Shown here in pieces: positions 51,722-64,000 of a stretch of DNA of 64,000 nucleotides. Every line of letters starts with the position of its first letter. Position 1 is the stretch's first letter. A program made the translations under genes and the position numbers. Origin of the DNA: Leptogorgia sarmentosa (lineage: Eukaryota); the NCBI GenBank assembly GCA_964658305.1, contig OZ210885.1, forward strand, positions 496,001 to 560,000, in the 5' to 3' direction. The notes under the pieces were generated by a model. That model was not told the DNA's origin, searched no databases, and saw nothing but the letters and a program-made list of their open reading frames with translations.

Positions 51722-53959
51722 TCTTCTATTATTTTCTAATCTTTTGTCAGCTTTTAAAAGTACCTCCCCCACCAGTGCAGCTTAGCACGTTCTAACTTCT
51801 ATGATCTATTCCGCAGGGCTTCCACTTTCAAATCTTTAATTTCCATCCGAAGAAGCCAAAATTCCAGAATTCCTAGAATTCCATAAATTGAACAAAATTT
51901 CCACATCGTTAAATTTGGTGCCTGCAGAGCAACAGAAACATATCCGAAAACTGGATTTACCGATTAATTTATGCATAATTATTTATACACCCTGTATAAA
52001 TATTTCTTATTTCTACAATAAAACAAGCAAATATAGTTGAATTTAGTATTTAATTAGTGAATTCTGAAATTTCCATAGAATTTCCATGAATTTTTCATTT
52101 CCTACAAAATACCATAAATTATGGAAATTTCCATCAAAGTGGAAACCCTGCTATTCCGTGTGTCATTTGACCTAATTTCGAAACGCACATATATTGCGCC
52201 ATATAATAAAAAAAAACTTACTGACTTCGACTGTTCGGGGAAATATCAAATCTCCCACAGCCCCCACTGTCAGTCAGCAAGTTATTATCATTACCAATAT
52301 GCTTCGGTCTTATTACCTGTTATTCCAAATACTTTTGAAAAGACAACGGCTGAGTAGCCAATCAGAATATAATAACGAATATGCTGCATTCGTGCTTTCT
52401 CGTCTGTACATTCGTGACTCGTTCATTCTCTCACAATCGCTGGTGTGAACGCGCCTCAATGAGAGTGAGTTGCTGTCCAAGTTTCTATACTGGAACACTC
52501 CACAAAACATTAAGAAACACAAAAAATGAAGTAAATGCATTACTTTATTAAAGCATAAATATGTATTTTTAAGCATAACACAGAACTAATTATAGTGTTA
52601 TGCACGCTACAGTTATTTTTATATAAATATTCTGTTCATTATTCGCTGATAAGCGTCGTGTTCAGTGCTAGTTTTTACTCACTAATCATATCGCCACATT
52701 AAAAATTGAAAGAAAATTTAACATGGAATTTTAGTATTCATGCCAGCAAAACCAGTTAACCTCAGTGAGAAACGTAACCTGGTGGTACATGCAACATTAT
52801 AATCACAGTATAGGGAATAGACAGAGAGTGTATGCATGTCATTACGCATCATTACCATTGCATTCTTTTGGTAATCACTTTACGTTTCCCTCACTAATAT
52901 GATAATATCCTTAACCCATTAACCTAACACTGACCCCTATTACCCCTAATCATCACCTAATTTACTGAGACAAACTGATGACCATTTTCTAGTCAATGAC
53001 AACTGCATGGCCGCAGGTAAGTAAACTGCATAAAATTAAACACGACGTTGCACTGCTAGGTAAACCTACTGTCGATTCCCTGTACTGTCGCGTTATCCCA
53101 AAATACCCATAACCCCAAGTAGCAGCAATTGCGATGTTAAAAAAGTGTTTTGTGGTGGGGGGAGATACATTACCACACAGGGTTTCACTGTATTAACTAC
53201 ACTTTTCAAAAGCATGCATGTAGTTGAGATGGTCATGTTTATAGAAATTGTAACTTCACGATTAATAGTGCATACGAAATTTGAATACGTTCTGTGACTG
53301 GCTAATGTTCATCAAAGTTTTATAATTCACCAAAAACATTTTTTTGAATTACTGACAAACAAAATTTTCGCTGTCTTACACGAAAAGTTTGGTGGAAAGA
53401 TGAAATAGTTGTTTATGATTATTATACGTGTGTAGTACGTATAACGTCAAGTTGATGGTGGCCTTGTTTATTGAAGAAAATTCGAAAAGTTACATAAAGT
53501 CTCAACAGTTTTGCGTCGTAAATGCAGAATGTATGTTCAATTTTAAAAATATGTGTAGTGAATAAAAGGTGCTGTACTCTATGCAACTGTGTTCTCATTT
53601 TACACCGCAGTGGGTTATACGTTTTGCGTGTGTCGTATTTTTATATAGGCGAACAATGCAGGATTTATGTTCTAATATTGAACTAGAAGAACTGAATAGA
53701 CTATATACTACAAAAGACAATTTCCACTCATACATGGCATTCGATATCTTCACTTGCAATATGCATCCTCGGAGGATGATAATATTATATGAATGTATTT
53801 GAAATTATTATTCTATGCATAATCAGTACGGGGCACTGGGGGAAAGAGGGGATTGGGTATATAAATCCCCTTTAAATTTGAAATTCTCAATGACTACATT
53901 AAAAGCTGCGAAGCAAGCATATACCCCAAGTGCCTACCACTGAAATGTATTATATTATT

Positions 53960-56900
53960 TTAGACACTCTCGACCCACTTAGCTGGGAAGAGTCCTTCAA
54001 CACCATTAAGTTTTCCCTTGCACCATCCTTGACCATCTTCACCAGATAACTGCGTGATAATATCTCCAACATTAAATGACAGTTCATCGTCTTCGCTCGC
54101 TTCGTAATCATATTTAGCTCGAACAGCAACACCAGAAAAATCTTCCGCATCTTCTTCATGTACGTTGTTATCAATGATGTCACCATTCACCTTGGGTGTT
54201 TCCACGTCAACGCTAAAAACAGAAGACATTTTATATTAATTACATAATCATATGATACCTTAATTCCCATCTTCCTCTGGCGAGCATATGTAACTTTATT
54301 GTTTTGTTGAGATGTGTGGATTTATTGCATGAATAATTATTCCATAAATCTGTCTTCATCCACACTTGCGACACATGACCATTGAACATTATTGTACTTT
54401 CTCTCTTCAAAAATACGAAATACGTCTGTCTATTATACTTCGATCGCAAGTGCTGAGTTTTTTCATTCGCGCTTTTGGCCACAATTTCACATGACAAGGT
54501 TTGCAATTTCAAATGAGTTATTATTATTATTATTATTTATACTCTTATATACGAAATTTAGAGTATGTATATGTAAATCACAAACAACAAATTCATTTAC
54601 TATTACAAGTAAAATAAATTGAAGGGGGATCATTGTTATTGAAGCAACGTCCCAGTACAGAAATTCCAGTAGGTGGATTAGCATTGGCTTTTGAGAGAAT
54701 ATAGACATATATATCCGGTGAAATTATCGCAGAAACAAAATCGTAGCTCATTTTTCTCTCAGTCGTGATCGTCCTTAATTCTTAACTGAGTCGAGTAGGA
54801 GCTGGTGGATTATCGCATATAAAGAATTCACTGTTTTTATAAAAAGTCAAATTAGTGTAAGATAAAAATGCTTCTTACTTCTCATCTTGGGCAACATTCT
54901 CCTCGTCATCTTCGTTGTCGAAAGGATTTAAAGTGGCTGCTCCAGTGTGGTCTTCTTGGGGAACACCATCCACATTTTCATTGTCGTGATTCGCAACACC
55001 ATCAGTCGCTGACAGAGATTTCGTACTCGATGCTCCATTTGGATCATACTCCTAATCAAATAACGTAAGTTATCATATACTGTACTAGTCCTGTGCCTTC
55101 ATTATATAATTCATATGTTTTTTTAATAAATCACAAATCACATAAATCACATAACAGGGTGACACAAAACAATATCGTCACTGACGTCGGTTTTTTGTCA
55201 ACGTTTTTGTCCAACTCTATAAAAACCAATGAAGAGTGTACACAGGTTTATTAATAATAACTACTGTGAACACGCAATTTGATTGGTCAATAGCTGTGCA
55301 GGATCGGTCAATCCCGCACGGATGATTTCAAATGCTAGTAGCTCGTGATTTTTTACGCTTTCTAAAATTTCGCCCCATCCCGCGTGCACGGATGACGTAA
55401 TCCGCTACCATTCAGTATTTCTTTAATCACGATCGAGGCGATATAATAAAGCAATATCAGGTATATTGTTTTCCGGAAAACTAATTAGATCATAAATGTC
55501 CGTGTTTTGATAACACGTACGCGCCAACCGGAAGTGAATAGTTCCGTTATAACCAATAAGCAGCTCGATCTACTCCTGTTTGGCGTGCATGTTGTCAAAA
55601 ACGTCACTTGCTAAATCTCTCTAAACTGATATAGCCTCGTTTACTCTGAAATACTTCGGAAAAAAGTTGTTCGCGTGCAACGACAGCAGGATAAAATTCG
55701 TGCACTTGTGCACAGATGTGATTGCATTTCCAGCTAAAGCCACCATACTCACCCGAGTGTTTTTGCTAGTACCAGGATTATTATAATAATAATTTATTCC
55801 GCTAGGTTCCTTAAAAGAGGAATGATCAATGCGATCGTCGTTTGTTGGGGTAAATGTAGTAGTGCGATTCCACGCGTCTGTATAATAATCAACGATACTT
55901 GGTGAGCTGTGGTGATTCTCGCGATAGGACTCTTCGCGAAGAGCACTCGCAGGTGTTTGATAATGTGGGGATCTAGGGTGGTCATAGTCCGGGTTATTGT
56001 TGGGCGAAATGTCTTCATTACTCCATTCTATAGAGCCACTGAATGAATCATACGAGAGCGACTCTGACATCCGTGTATTGTCAGGCTGTGCAGGTGTTGT
56101 CATGGCATTTTGTGCCCTCCGCCCACGTTTGCTTTTCCGTTTTCGCAGGCTAAGACGTCTCATAAAACTTTGTCTGGTTGGCTGGCGATACGAGGGAAGA
56201 TTCCATACGTCAGGTTCCTGTAGAGGAGCAGGAGACCAGGTTTACACGAGAGAAAGGATGTTCGGTTTCGCAGTGAATTGAAACGGCGTAGTTAGTCCAA
56301 ATAATCGACTGCATGGCAGAAGGTGTGATACAAGATGACAGGATTGCTTAAATTTCAATAGCGAAGAGGTGTACAACTATTTTGTTCATTAATCGTCAAA
56401 AATTCGAAACCGCACAGAAACTGTCGTTCCACTCTTATCAGTAATTTCTAATGTACTCGTCATCACACGATTAAAGACAACAAAAAGCTCCTTAATAGTA
56501 TACTTTTGTCAGTTCTTTTACATGCAATAGTAGACGCATAGAGAATTCTTGATCAAGAAAAAAAATGTTCCTGGCTGAAGGCTTTTTCATTAATTGGCAA
56601 AAATAGAGAATATCACATCTGTAGTTCTTAATGAGATATTTATGCCTTCTTGGGCAGTTTTTCCTTGTTGAACCCTACATGGTCTGCTATTTGCGTTGCA
56701 GTTTATCAATAAACTATGAAACCAAATCAAATTGATAATACTTGCGAATCCGAACATACAACTCGTGTAAACGCAAGCCAGGGACTGTGGAGCATTTCTT
56801 GTGCTTCACTGATGAACCACAACATCTTTAGCAGTCAGTGAACCATCATACAAGACATGTGATGAGACTATGGTATGATCCATGATTTTTGTTCCAAATT

Positions 56901-59900
56901 CTCCACGAATCACGAACCTTTCTCTCCCGTGTAAACGCTTAGTTAGGTTACAATTACACGTGTATTGTGCATAATGAGAAATGTTTCGCTTCCTACTTTG
57001 GTTTGATCAATAGAGCCGAGTCCAATTGCCATCACGAACAAAATTTTTCGAGAATTAAGCTGGTGACATTATAAACTTGAGTGCTAGCACCAATGTTATG
57101 CCCTTATTTTGGGACCTCGTTCATTAAATCCAAGTTAATTATGGTAGAAAGGCTAAAACACGCTAAATAAGGCCCATGAAAAATTTTACCATTAGATGCA
57201 AGGTACATAGATGAGGCAGTTCATCTTTTTGATCTAGACATACTGAACCAGTATTATGATGTGAAGATATTTTATGATCTCAAGGCATATTATGATCTCA
57301 AGGTAGTACACTAAAGTGACTGAAACATACATAAACACTTTTCATTCATAATTTGACAAAAAAGAATGGTACATAAACCATTTCTACACATGGCAAGGAG
57401 GTAGAAATAATGGAAGAGCAAACAAGATATTTTGGCGACAATTTTAGACTGTTTGGCACTGGACAGACGTCAGGAATTGTCAAAATGCTGTGTATTGTTT
57501 CATACTTCATTAAAATAATCAGTGATTTTCAATCAGTAAAATGCCAGTCAAATATGAAGTTCTCTCATAATGGTCAATGCCAAGAGTGTGAGCAATGAGT
57601 AATGGCATGAAGTGTTATACAATTCTTATACCAGCATTAAAATTGAAAAAAAGATGGCACACAAATACTGCATTTACAATAATTTTACATGTATAGGTAT
57701 ATAAGAAAGAACATTAAACAGTCCAAACATTCAGTAGTAGCTGCAGTGGTCAGTTCCACAATAGCTACAGTAACCAGAGCATATTCAGGTTTACAGTGGG
57801 CTTCACAGTTTGTGGTGGATGGTTTGTATCATGACAGCGGATAAGCAAAAGTTCAGATACACACCTCTTCATCTTGTAATATTTGAACTTTAAATTTTAT
57901 CAGTGCAATGTGTAGTTAAGGCAGAGTTGTTGTGTGTTGGACAGACATGTTTAGTTTGTTTGTGATCACAGAGTAACTACTGTACCTGCACATTTTGAAC
58001 CAAGAGGCAATTGCTAAAATCTTATTGAGTCATGTATTGTTCACATAGTGAGTGTTTAGTGCCAAGTCAGTGAGTGGATATCACAAATTTATTTTGTACA
58101 ACTGCATGTACAACTCTCCAGACTGCACGAGCTTTGTCATTGAACAAATTGTGTAGTTCAGGTCAGTCTACGCTAATTCCTTTTCGTTTTTTTTAACACA
58201 ATACTGTATATACGGCACAACAAATCACTAAAATTGAGGAAAAACATACCTCAAATTCAGGCCATTTCTTTGCCATCCCTGGTCCATACTGCAATGACCA
58301 CCACTTCAGGTCTTTGATTGCATCAGCACCGGTCACTTTCTTCACCAAAACTTCATAGATGTTGGTCAACCTTAATATAACATTGAATGAAATGATATAG
58401 ACAATCTGTATTCACTTACAATATAGTGTCACATCGGCATATGCTTTATAAACAGAAAATTGAAAAACAAATTCTGGTAGTGAGTGTTTTTTCTGGTAAC
58501 AATATGTACTTTCATTTGCTGAAAACTGAATGAATGCCTTATTCTGTTTGGCACATTTACTACATCGAGCGAAACAACCGTTCACTTCAAGAAAATAATC
58601 TAACCATTGCACTCACAACATTCAATTCATAATATTTACATACAATATAATATTGATGTTTAAAACTAATGCAGTGTGTTTAAGTGTGAAAATAGGGCTG
58701 TCAACACATTCAACTATTGTACAAATTTGAATTTCGACAAAGTATAACGCATAAGTGACTAGCACAGGTGCAAAATTCCGCAGCAAATAATATGGAGTGC
58801 ACGAGAAAAGAGTAAAGCTCCAGTGATAGTTCAGGAATGAAGACAATATAAAGTATAATATATATAATATTCAACACTAATTATCTCACACTGATCCAAG
58901 AAGGAATGTTATCCTTTTAGTTGTTTAATAAGCTGAATATTAGATAGTTTAGACTATCAAAGACACAGGAGTACATATATGAAAAGCTGCCATTGGTAGC
59001 AGCCTTTGGAGAATAAAAAAATAATAAAGAAGGGTATATTTGCACTTAAAAGTTAAGAGGATATGTTAGCAACACCCTTTCCTTAAGGAGTAAAATGTTG
59101 TGAAATAACAAGACAAAGTATAATATTAAAGAGAGGCACTCCAGGGTGCATGACCACAAGGAATTACTGCAATGAATCAGAGACATAATACTTTGGTTCA
59201 ATTTGAAGTATAAAATTTGATTTTTGTCACAGACTTGGCAAATGCTAAGCACTGTTTTGGAATTCATTTTTCATACATCATCTCATTTTAGTCCATATTT
59301 GATATTCTCGTATTTAAATTTACCACATTTTTGGCCATGGTTGAACAATTTTACATTGACACCAGTTCAAATTCCTAGCTAAGATGGCAATATTTTGAAT
59401 TCATCACACAATATACTATAATAAAAATTGCCATTGGCTAAAAAACTCTTTGACAAGTGTGATACTGAAATTCATGATTTTGATCCATAATAATTTCTTT
59501 GTTTAAACACATTGTGTTCTTTTATAGGGCAATATCAATTGGTACATTATTGGTTTCAATTTTCTAAGCTGAAATATAAACAACTGAAAACTGTGTCTAT
59601 TTGACAGCTTATCAATGATAATACATCAAACTTATCAGAAATACACACAATTTTTGACAAATTCCAGCAAAATCTAACATTTGTAAACAACAATAAAGCT
59701 GTTGTGGTTTCATGAGATGAATTAAAAAGCGGAAAAGGTCGATATACCAAACTACCGGGTCAACACAAAACGTGGGTTTTAATTCAATAATTACTTCAAT
59801 TTACTCACAAAAGCCAGGAAAATTAATCGTAGTTTACAACAAAGGCGGAAAATGCATAGCATACCTTTCATTCTCCGATATATCTAGTACATTGTGATAG

Positions 59901-60655
59901 CGTTGTAGGGCGTCCTTAAAGAAGGAAAGTCGGACTTTTTCAAACCTTTCCCACTTCAGAAATTCAGATTCCAGCTCGTCAGCGTAAGTGTCATTTGAGG
60001 CATTCATTTCGGATAAACGTCGTTCGTATTTCTTACGGGCTTCATCGAGCTCTATTTTCATCTTGATTTCTTGATCTTGTAGTTTCTTGACTTTTTCAGG
60101 CATACTGCCTTCCTTCTCGGCATTGCTCGCGATTACTGAGGCATGCTCCGATGCTTTCGCCGCTCGGTGGAAATTCTTTTTTGATTTATCCATTTTACTG
60201 TAGCGCCTTGCCCACGGCTCGTAAATCTTGTTGAACGCCGTTTCGCATTCTTTAACCTCTTTCCATTTTAAGACAGCCTTGTGGTAATGTTGATTTTTCC
60301 ACTGTTTAATCGATTCACATAAATCGGCCTTTAAACGATTGTGCCTTTCGACATGAATCTCAGCCACGTCGTCAGCTTCGCGTAGGGTCGCTTTAAACAC
60401 TTCTAACATGCTACCATACTCGGAAATTTTCCCGTTTATTCTCTCGTTCCAACGTTTAGACCAATCTCGTAACTTTAGCGTGTATTTCATCTCGATATCA
60501 GCTCGTTCATGTATCATTTTCATGAACTCATCACAGAGTGTAGCACCATCTTCAAGTCGTTTCACAGTGTTTTTATAGCCATCAATTCCCCAGAAATTCG
60601 TGTTGATATACGATTCCTCCATGCTCGACGTTCGGCTGGTTGCTTTCAAAGACAT
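53960..60655 (-). CDS. PACSIN: PACSIN/syndapin (F-BAR + NPF linker + SH3), ~445 aa, or ~600 aa with the extra exon
   Basis: Exons 60655-59865 (F-BAR: FWGIDGYKNTVKRLEDGATLC..ERADIE), 58370-58250 (DLKWW..YGPGM..WPEFE), optional 56217-55753, 55051-54879 (LNPFD) and 54212-53960 (SH3: VRAKYDYEASEDDELSF..QGWCKG..GLFPAKWV). Phases 2-0-(0)-2 are consistent. Confidence 0.93.
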
Positions 60656-61376
60656 GTTGAAGATAAATTGTGGTTGTATTTCTGAGCAACGTGTGTGAAA
60701 TTTATAGCGCAGAAATATGAAACTCTGCGTTTGTCAAATACAAATATTTTCGTGTCGACGAATCAACGCCTAATCAAAATATCGGCCCAGTCTTTCACTT
60801 TCTCGCGGCCACCAGAGTTGAGGATATACTTCATGTTAACATCAATATTACGGTCAGATATTAACTATACGGAATCGAGCAGAGGACTGGGTCTGCTCAC
60901 TTGTTGGGAAATAAATCAAATAATGTGGCAAGTTGTACCAGGCAGTTGTACTAACTTCCTAAATTTCTTTGTGCCGCCTCAAATGCTGGAATTACAATTA
61001 GGGCGTCTTTTAATCTGTATTTACCTCGCTTGTTGTCCCTGGAGCCGGTCCTTGCCCGATTAGGAAATGGCTAATGGCCGCTTGTAGTTAGAACACTGGA
61101 AATGAATTAATTTTTACAAACTCCTTCCATCACTACCCCATTCAATACTGTTTTCTTTTATTTATACACCACTGTACGTTAAGACAAGATGCCCATTTTG
61201 ACCTAATATTGAAAAGAGGAGTAAGGGGCAACTACTGTTGATAAAATCACAACATTTTTCAAAATGACTGTAGCTGAATGCCGCCAGTATTTGCACCGGA
61301 CTTTCAAAGTCAAATGTTTGACACAGCAAGGCAAAACCCCTAACTATTATGGGACGGTAAGCTAGAGCATTTTTAG

Positions 61377-61507
61377 GTGGGAGGGAGTGGGTGGGGGTTG
61401 GTGGGGGTGGGTGGGGGTGGGTGGGGGTGGGTGGGGGTGGGTGGGGGTGGGTGGGGGTGGGTGGGGGTGGGTGGGGGTGGGTGGGGGTGGGTGGGGGTGG
61501 GTGGGGA
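61377..61507 (+). repeat. G-rich tandem repeat (GTGGGGGTGG)n
   Basis: About 11 copies of a 10-bp unit of alternating G5/G3 runs separated by single T. Confidence 0.95.
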
Positions 61508-63166
61508 GTAAATGTTCATATCAAGCCTGTGGCAGGCTCTCAATTTCCAGAGGTGCAGTACTAAAAATTCAGCTAGTTTCCGGTCGTAACCATGGAAAAT
61601 TCGGTTCTATTTTTGGAATAAGGAGGCGTTGCCCCCCCCCCCCCTCCCCCTGAAAGCTACGGGCTCGATCTTTGAGCAACTGATTTCAAAAGAATCCGAC
61701 TGGCAGAACGCCACTTCTTGCTTGAGCTTCGTCAGAATACACTCTTATTAGTTTGGTGGGAAACGCAGACTGTGGATTGGGGAATGGGGACGACAAATTT
61801 GCGGATGAACCTAATCCGAATCCGCAATTCGTTATCCGAAATCCGTAATTTGATATTGGCAATCCGTATACACAATCCCCGTTTTCCACCAAACGAATAC
61901 TGAATATCAATTAGTTTTGGCATCACTCGACTGACTCAAAACCACGGGTATATCAACTACGTTCAGAAATGATTTGATACCTGCAAAAATATATTGAAAG
62001 GCTCTTATTTAAGTAACAACAAGTTAGTATATATATAATGCGACGATGAAAAACAGGATTGTCAGCCGTCAGGATCCAAATCATCCAATGATTCATTTTC
62101 CAATCATATCGTTATTTCCTCATGCATAATTTGTCAAATGTCAACGTAACAATGTTGTTATTGAGCCATGCGTGTAATAATGCTAAACAATATTGTTGAC
62201 AACTATGAAGAAGGCAGGTGGCACAATATACTATTTTCAACAATACTGTTTTCATTAACCCGTTAAACAAGCTGATACTTTCTTGCCGCTGGCTCCTGGA
62301 TGGACGACAACGTAAAAGCTGGAAATGCCTATGACCCCACTGACAAATGTTTCAACTTGCGATATATTCATTATTGCGCAGAAAAAATGCTAGGTTTCAG
62401 TTCCCAAACTAATTTCTTTTAATGAAAACCAGACTCCCCCCCCCCCAGTCCCCTCTTAACTCTTAACTCTCCGCTTAATTTGAAATTAGTGAAACACGCC
62501 AAACGACCACAACCATCCTCCGCCACACATCATCATTACTGATGTAAATATTACTCATGTAAACATTATTGATGTAAACATTATTGATTTAAACTAGCAA
62601 CTACCGGGTATCGCCAATGCTTTGGACAGCTCAAAACGCAAATAACTTCGTTACATGGTTTGTTGCGAGGAAGCTAGCTTATTCAGCTTTATATTATGCA
62701 TGTGAAAATTATTAGGCATGACAAGAGTCCAAGGTAACTCTATTAGTAAAAACCGTAAAGCCATCAGAATGTGACATTGTATATAATAGTTAAATTAATT
62801 TAAGGCTTCTTTGGCCCGGCTGAGAATGCTAAAATCATTCTTATGACCCAATGTTTTGCATAATCAGGTTTAGAGTGTTTTTTTTTTCAACCGACGCACC
62901 ATGGGTGTCTACCACATGCAAACAAAATATAATTATTGCCTGCTTGATTTCACACGTCGCACGAAAATGAGAAATAAAGGAAATTACATACCCATGATTA
63001 TAATATATATTCAGAAAAGCAACTATAATGTTGTAAATTTGAATACCTAATTGTCATTAGAATGTTTTCGAAAAAAAAGTTTTCTGTAAATAATGAAAAA
63101 TAAAAATTAGAAGTGAAAATTAAATATTTTTGGCATTGGCCTTGTCGTGTTGGATGGGGTCAGCAG

Positions 63167-63766
63167 CAAGGGACGCGGAAGCATCTGAAAAGTGGGAGGG
63201 GGACACCACCAAAAAAGGGCACCTGCCACGACGCGATGCCTATATGTTCGTAGCCCTAGCCCCTGCTTTTGCAGTACTTGAATCCCCTGCAAACAGTTTG
63301 TCAACTGCAGCTATCTGAGAAACAGAAGATTTAAACGTTAAGTTTGTTTATTGCTGCTTTATTCAATTCCTTGCCATTGTGAACTTTTTTTGATATTACA
63401 TTGTACACGACCACCAGTTTAGAACTGAAAGAATACCAATTATACTACTTTATATACATTACGAAGACCGCCGCCTATTTATCGCAATGGGCAACGAATC
63501 ATGCAAATATGTAATGTGAGAACTGAGCATTATGCAATATTTCAGTTTAAATAATATAAAGTAGGGCATTATGTATATTTAAAGCGACAAACTACTGTAC
63601 ACTCCGTAAAAAACTGACATTAATGATTAATCACATTATTATATCAAGCGCACACTATATGACACAAAAAGGGCACAAATCTAATCGAAAAAAGGGCCCA
63701 TTAATTTCTCGTTTTCAAAAGGTGGGGGGGGGGGGGCCGTGCCCTAGTGCTCCCCCCAGTCCCTTG
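63167..63766. mobile_element. hAT-type non-autonomous element
   Basis: Termini caagggac / gtcccttg; TSD gtcagcag at 63159-63166 and 63767-63774; shares ggaagcatctgaa and aaaaagggcac motifs with 42414-42829. Confidence 0.75.
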
Positions 63767-63774
63767 GTCAGCAG

Positions 63775-63936
63775 CAGTGGCGTAGCCAGAACGATAATTG
63801 CGGGGGGGGGGGGCATATTCATATATTCGTGTTCACATACCATAAAAACAATGGATTTGAAAAGAAATTAATAACGCAGAACATGAATATATGAATATGG
63901 GCCCCCCGCCCAATTATCGTTCTGGCTACGCCACTG
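63775..63936. mobile_element. hAT-type MITE
   Basis: 26-bp perfect TIRs cagtggcgtagccagaacgataattg / caattatcgttctggctacgccactg; TSD gtcagcag at 63767-63774 and 63937-63944. Confidence 0.92.
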
Positions 63937-64000
63937 GTCAGCAGGGGTAGTTATCTCCGCTTCATCGTTAACGTATTTAACATTTTCAACTTCTGATAAG

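Noticed and set aside
52905..52960. taaccc-like motifs suggesting telomeric repeat
   Set aside because: Only a few degenerate units; not an array.
54782..54830. Possible alternative terminal PACSIN exon giving an SH3-less isoform
   Set aside because: Needs a ~48-nt intron and has no independent support.
61387..61653. Gly/Trp/Val-rich ORF
   Set aside because: Translation of the G-rich tandem repeat; no ATG start or splice support.

Overview
AT-rich eukaryotic genomic DNA with GT-AG introns, almost certainly from an octocoral (soft coral); the lipoxygenase closely resembles Gersemia-type 11R-LOX as I recall it. Genes in order: (1) a single-coding-exon secreted protein with an HxE...PCxxC zinc-deaminase signature (SNAD / AID-APOBEC-like, 171-929); (2) a 7-exon arachidonate 11R-lipoxygenase (13234-18387); (3) a minus-strand tandem array of 5-exon genes encoding signal peptide + PAN/apple + TLDc proteins (two intact, one frameshifted, one relic; 20529-38750); (4) a 5'-truncated CR1/L2-type LINE; (5) a compact Caspr/neurexin-IV-like receptor (LamG-LamG-EGF-fibrinogen-like-stalk-TM); (6) PACSIN/syndapin with a candidate 155-codon cassette exon. 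Intergenic DNA is full of non-autonomous DNA transposons, including a four-level nested insertion, a Tc1 foldback derivative and two hAT MITEs sharing one target site. Exon models were read by eye from splice signals and frame continuity; family assignments come from motif recognition, not database searches.
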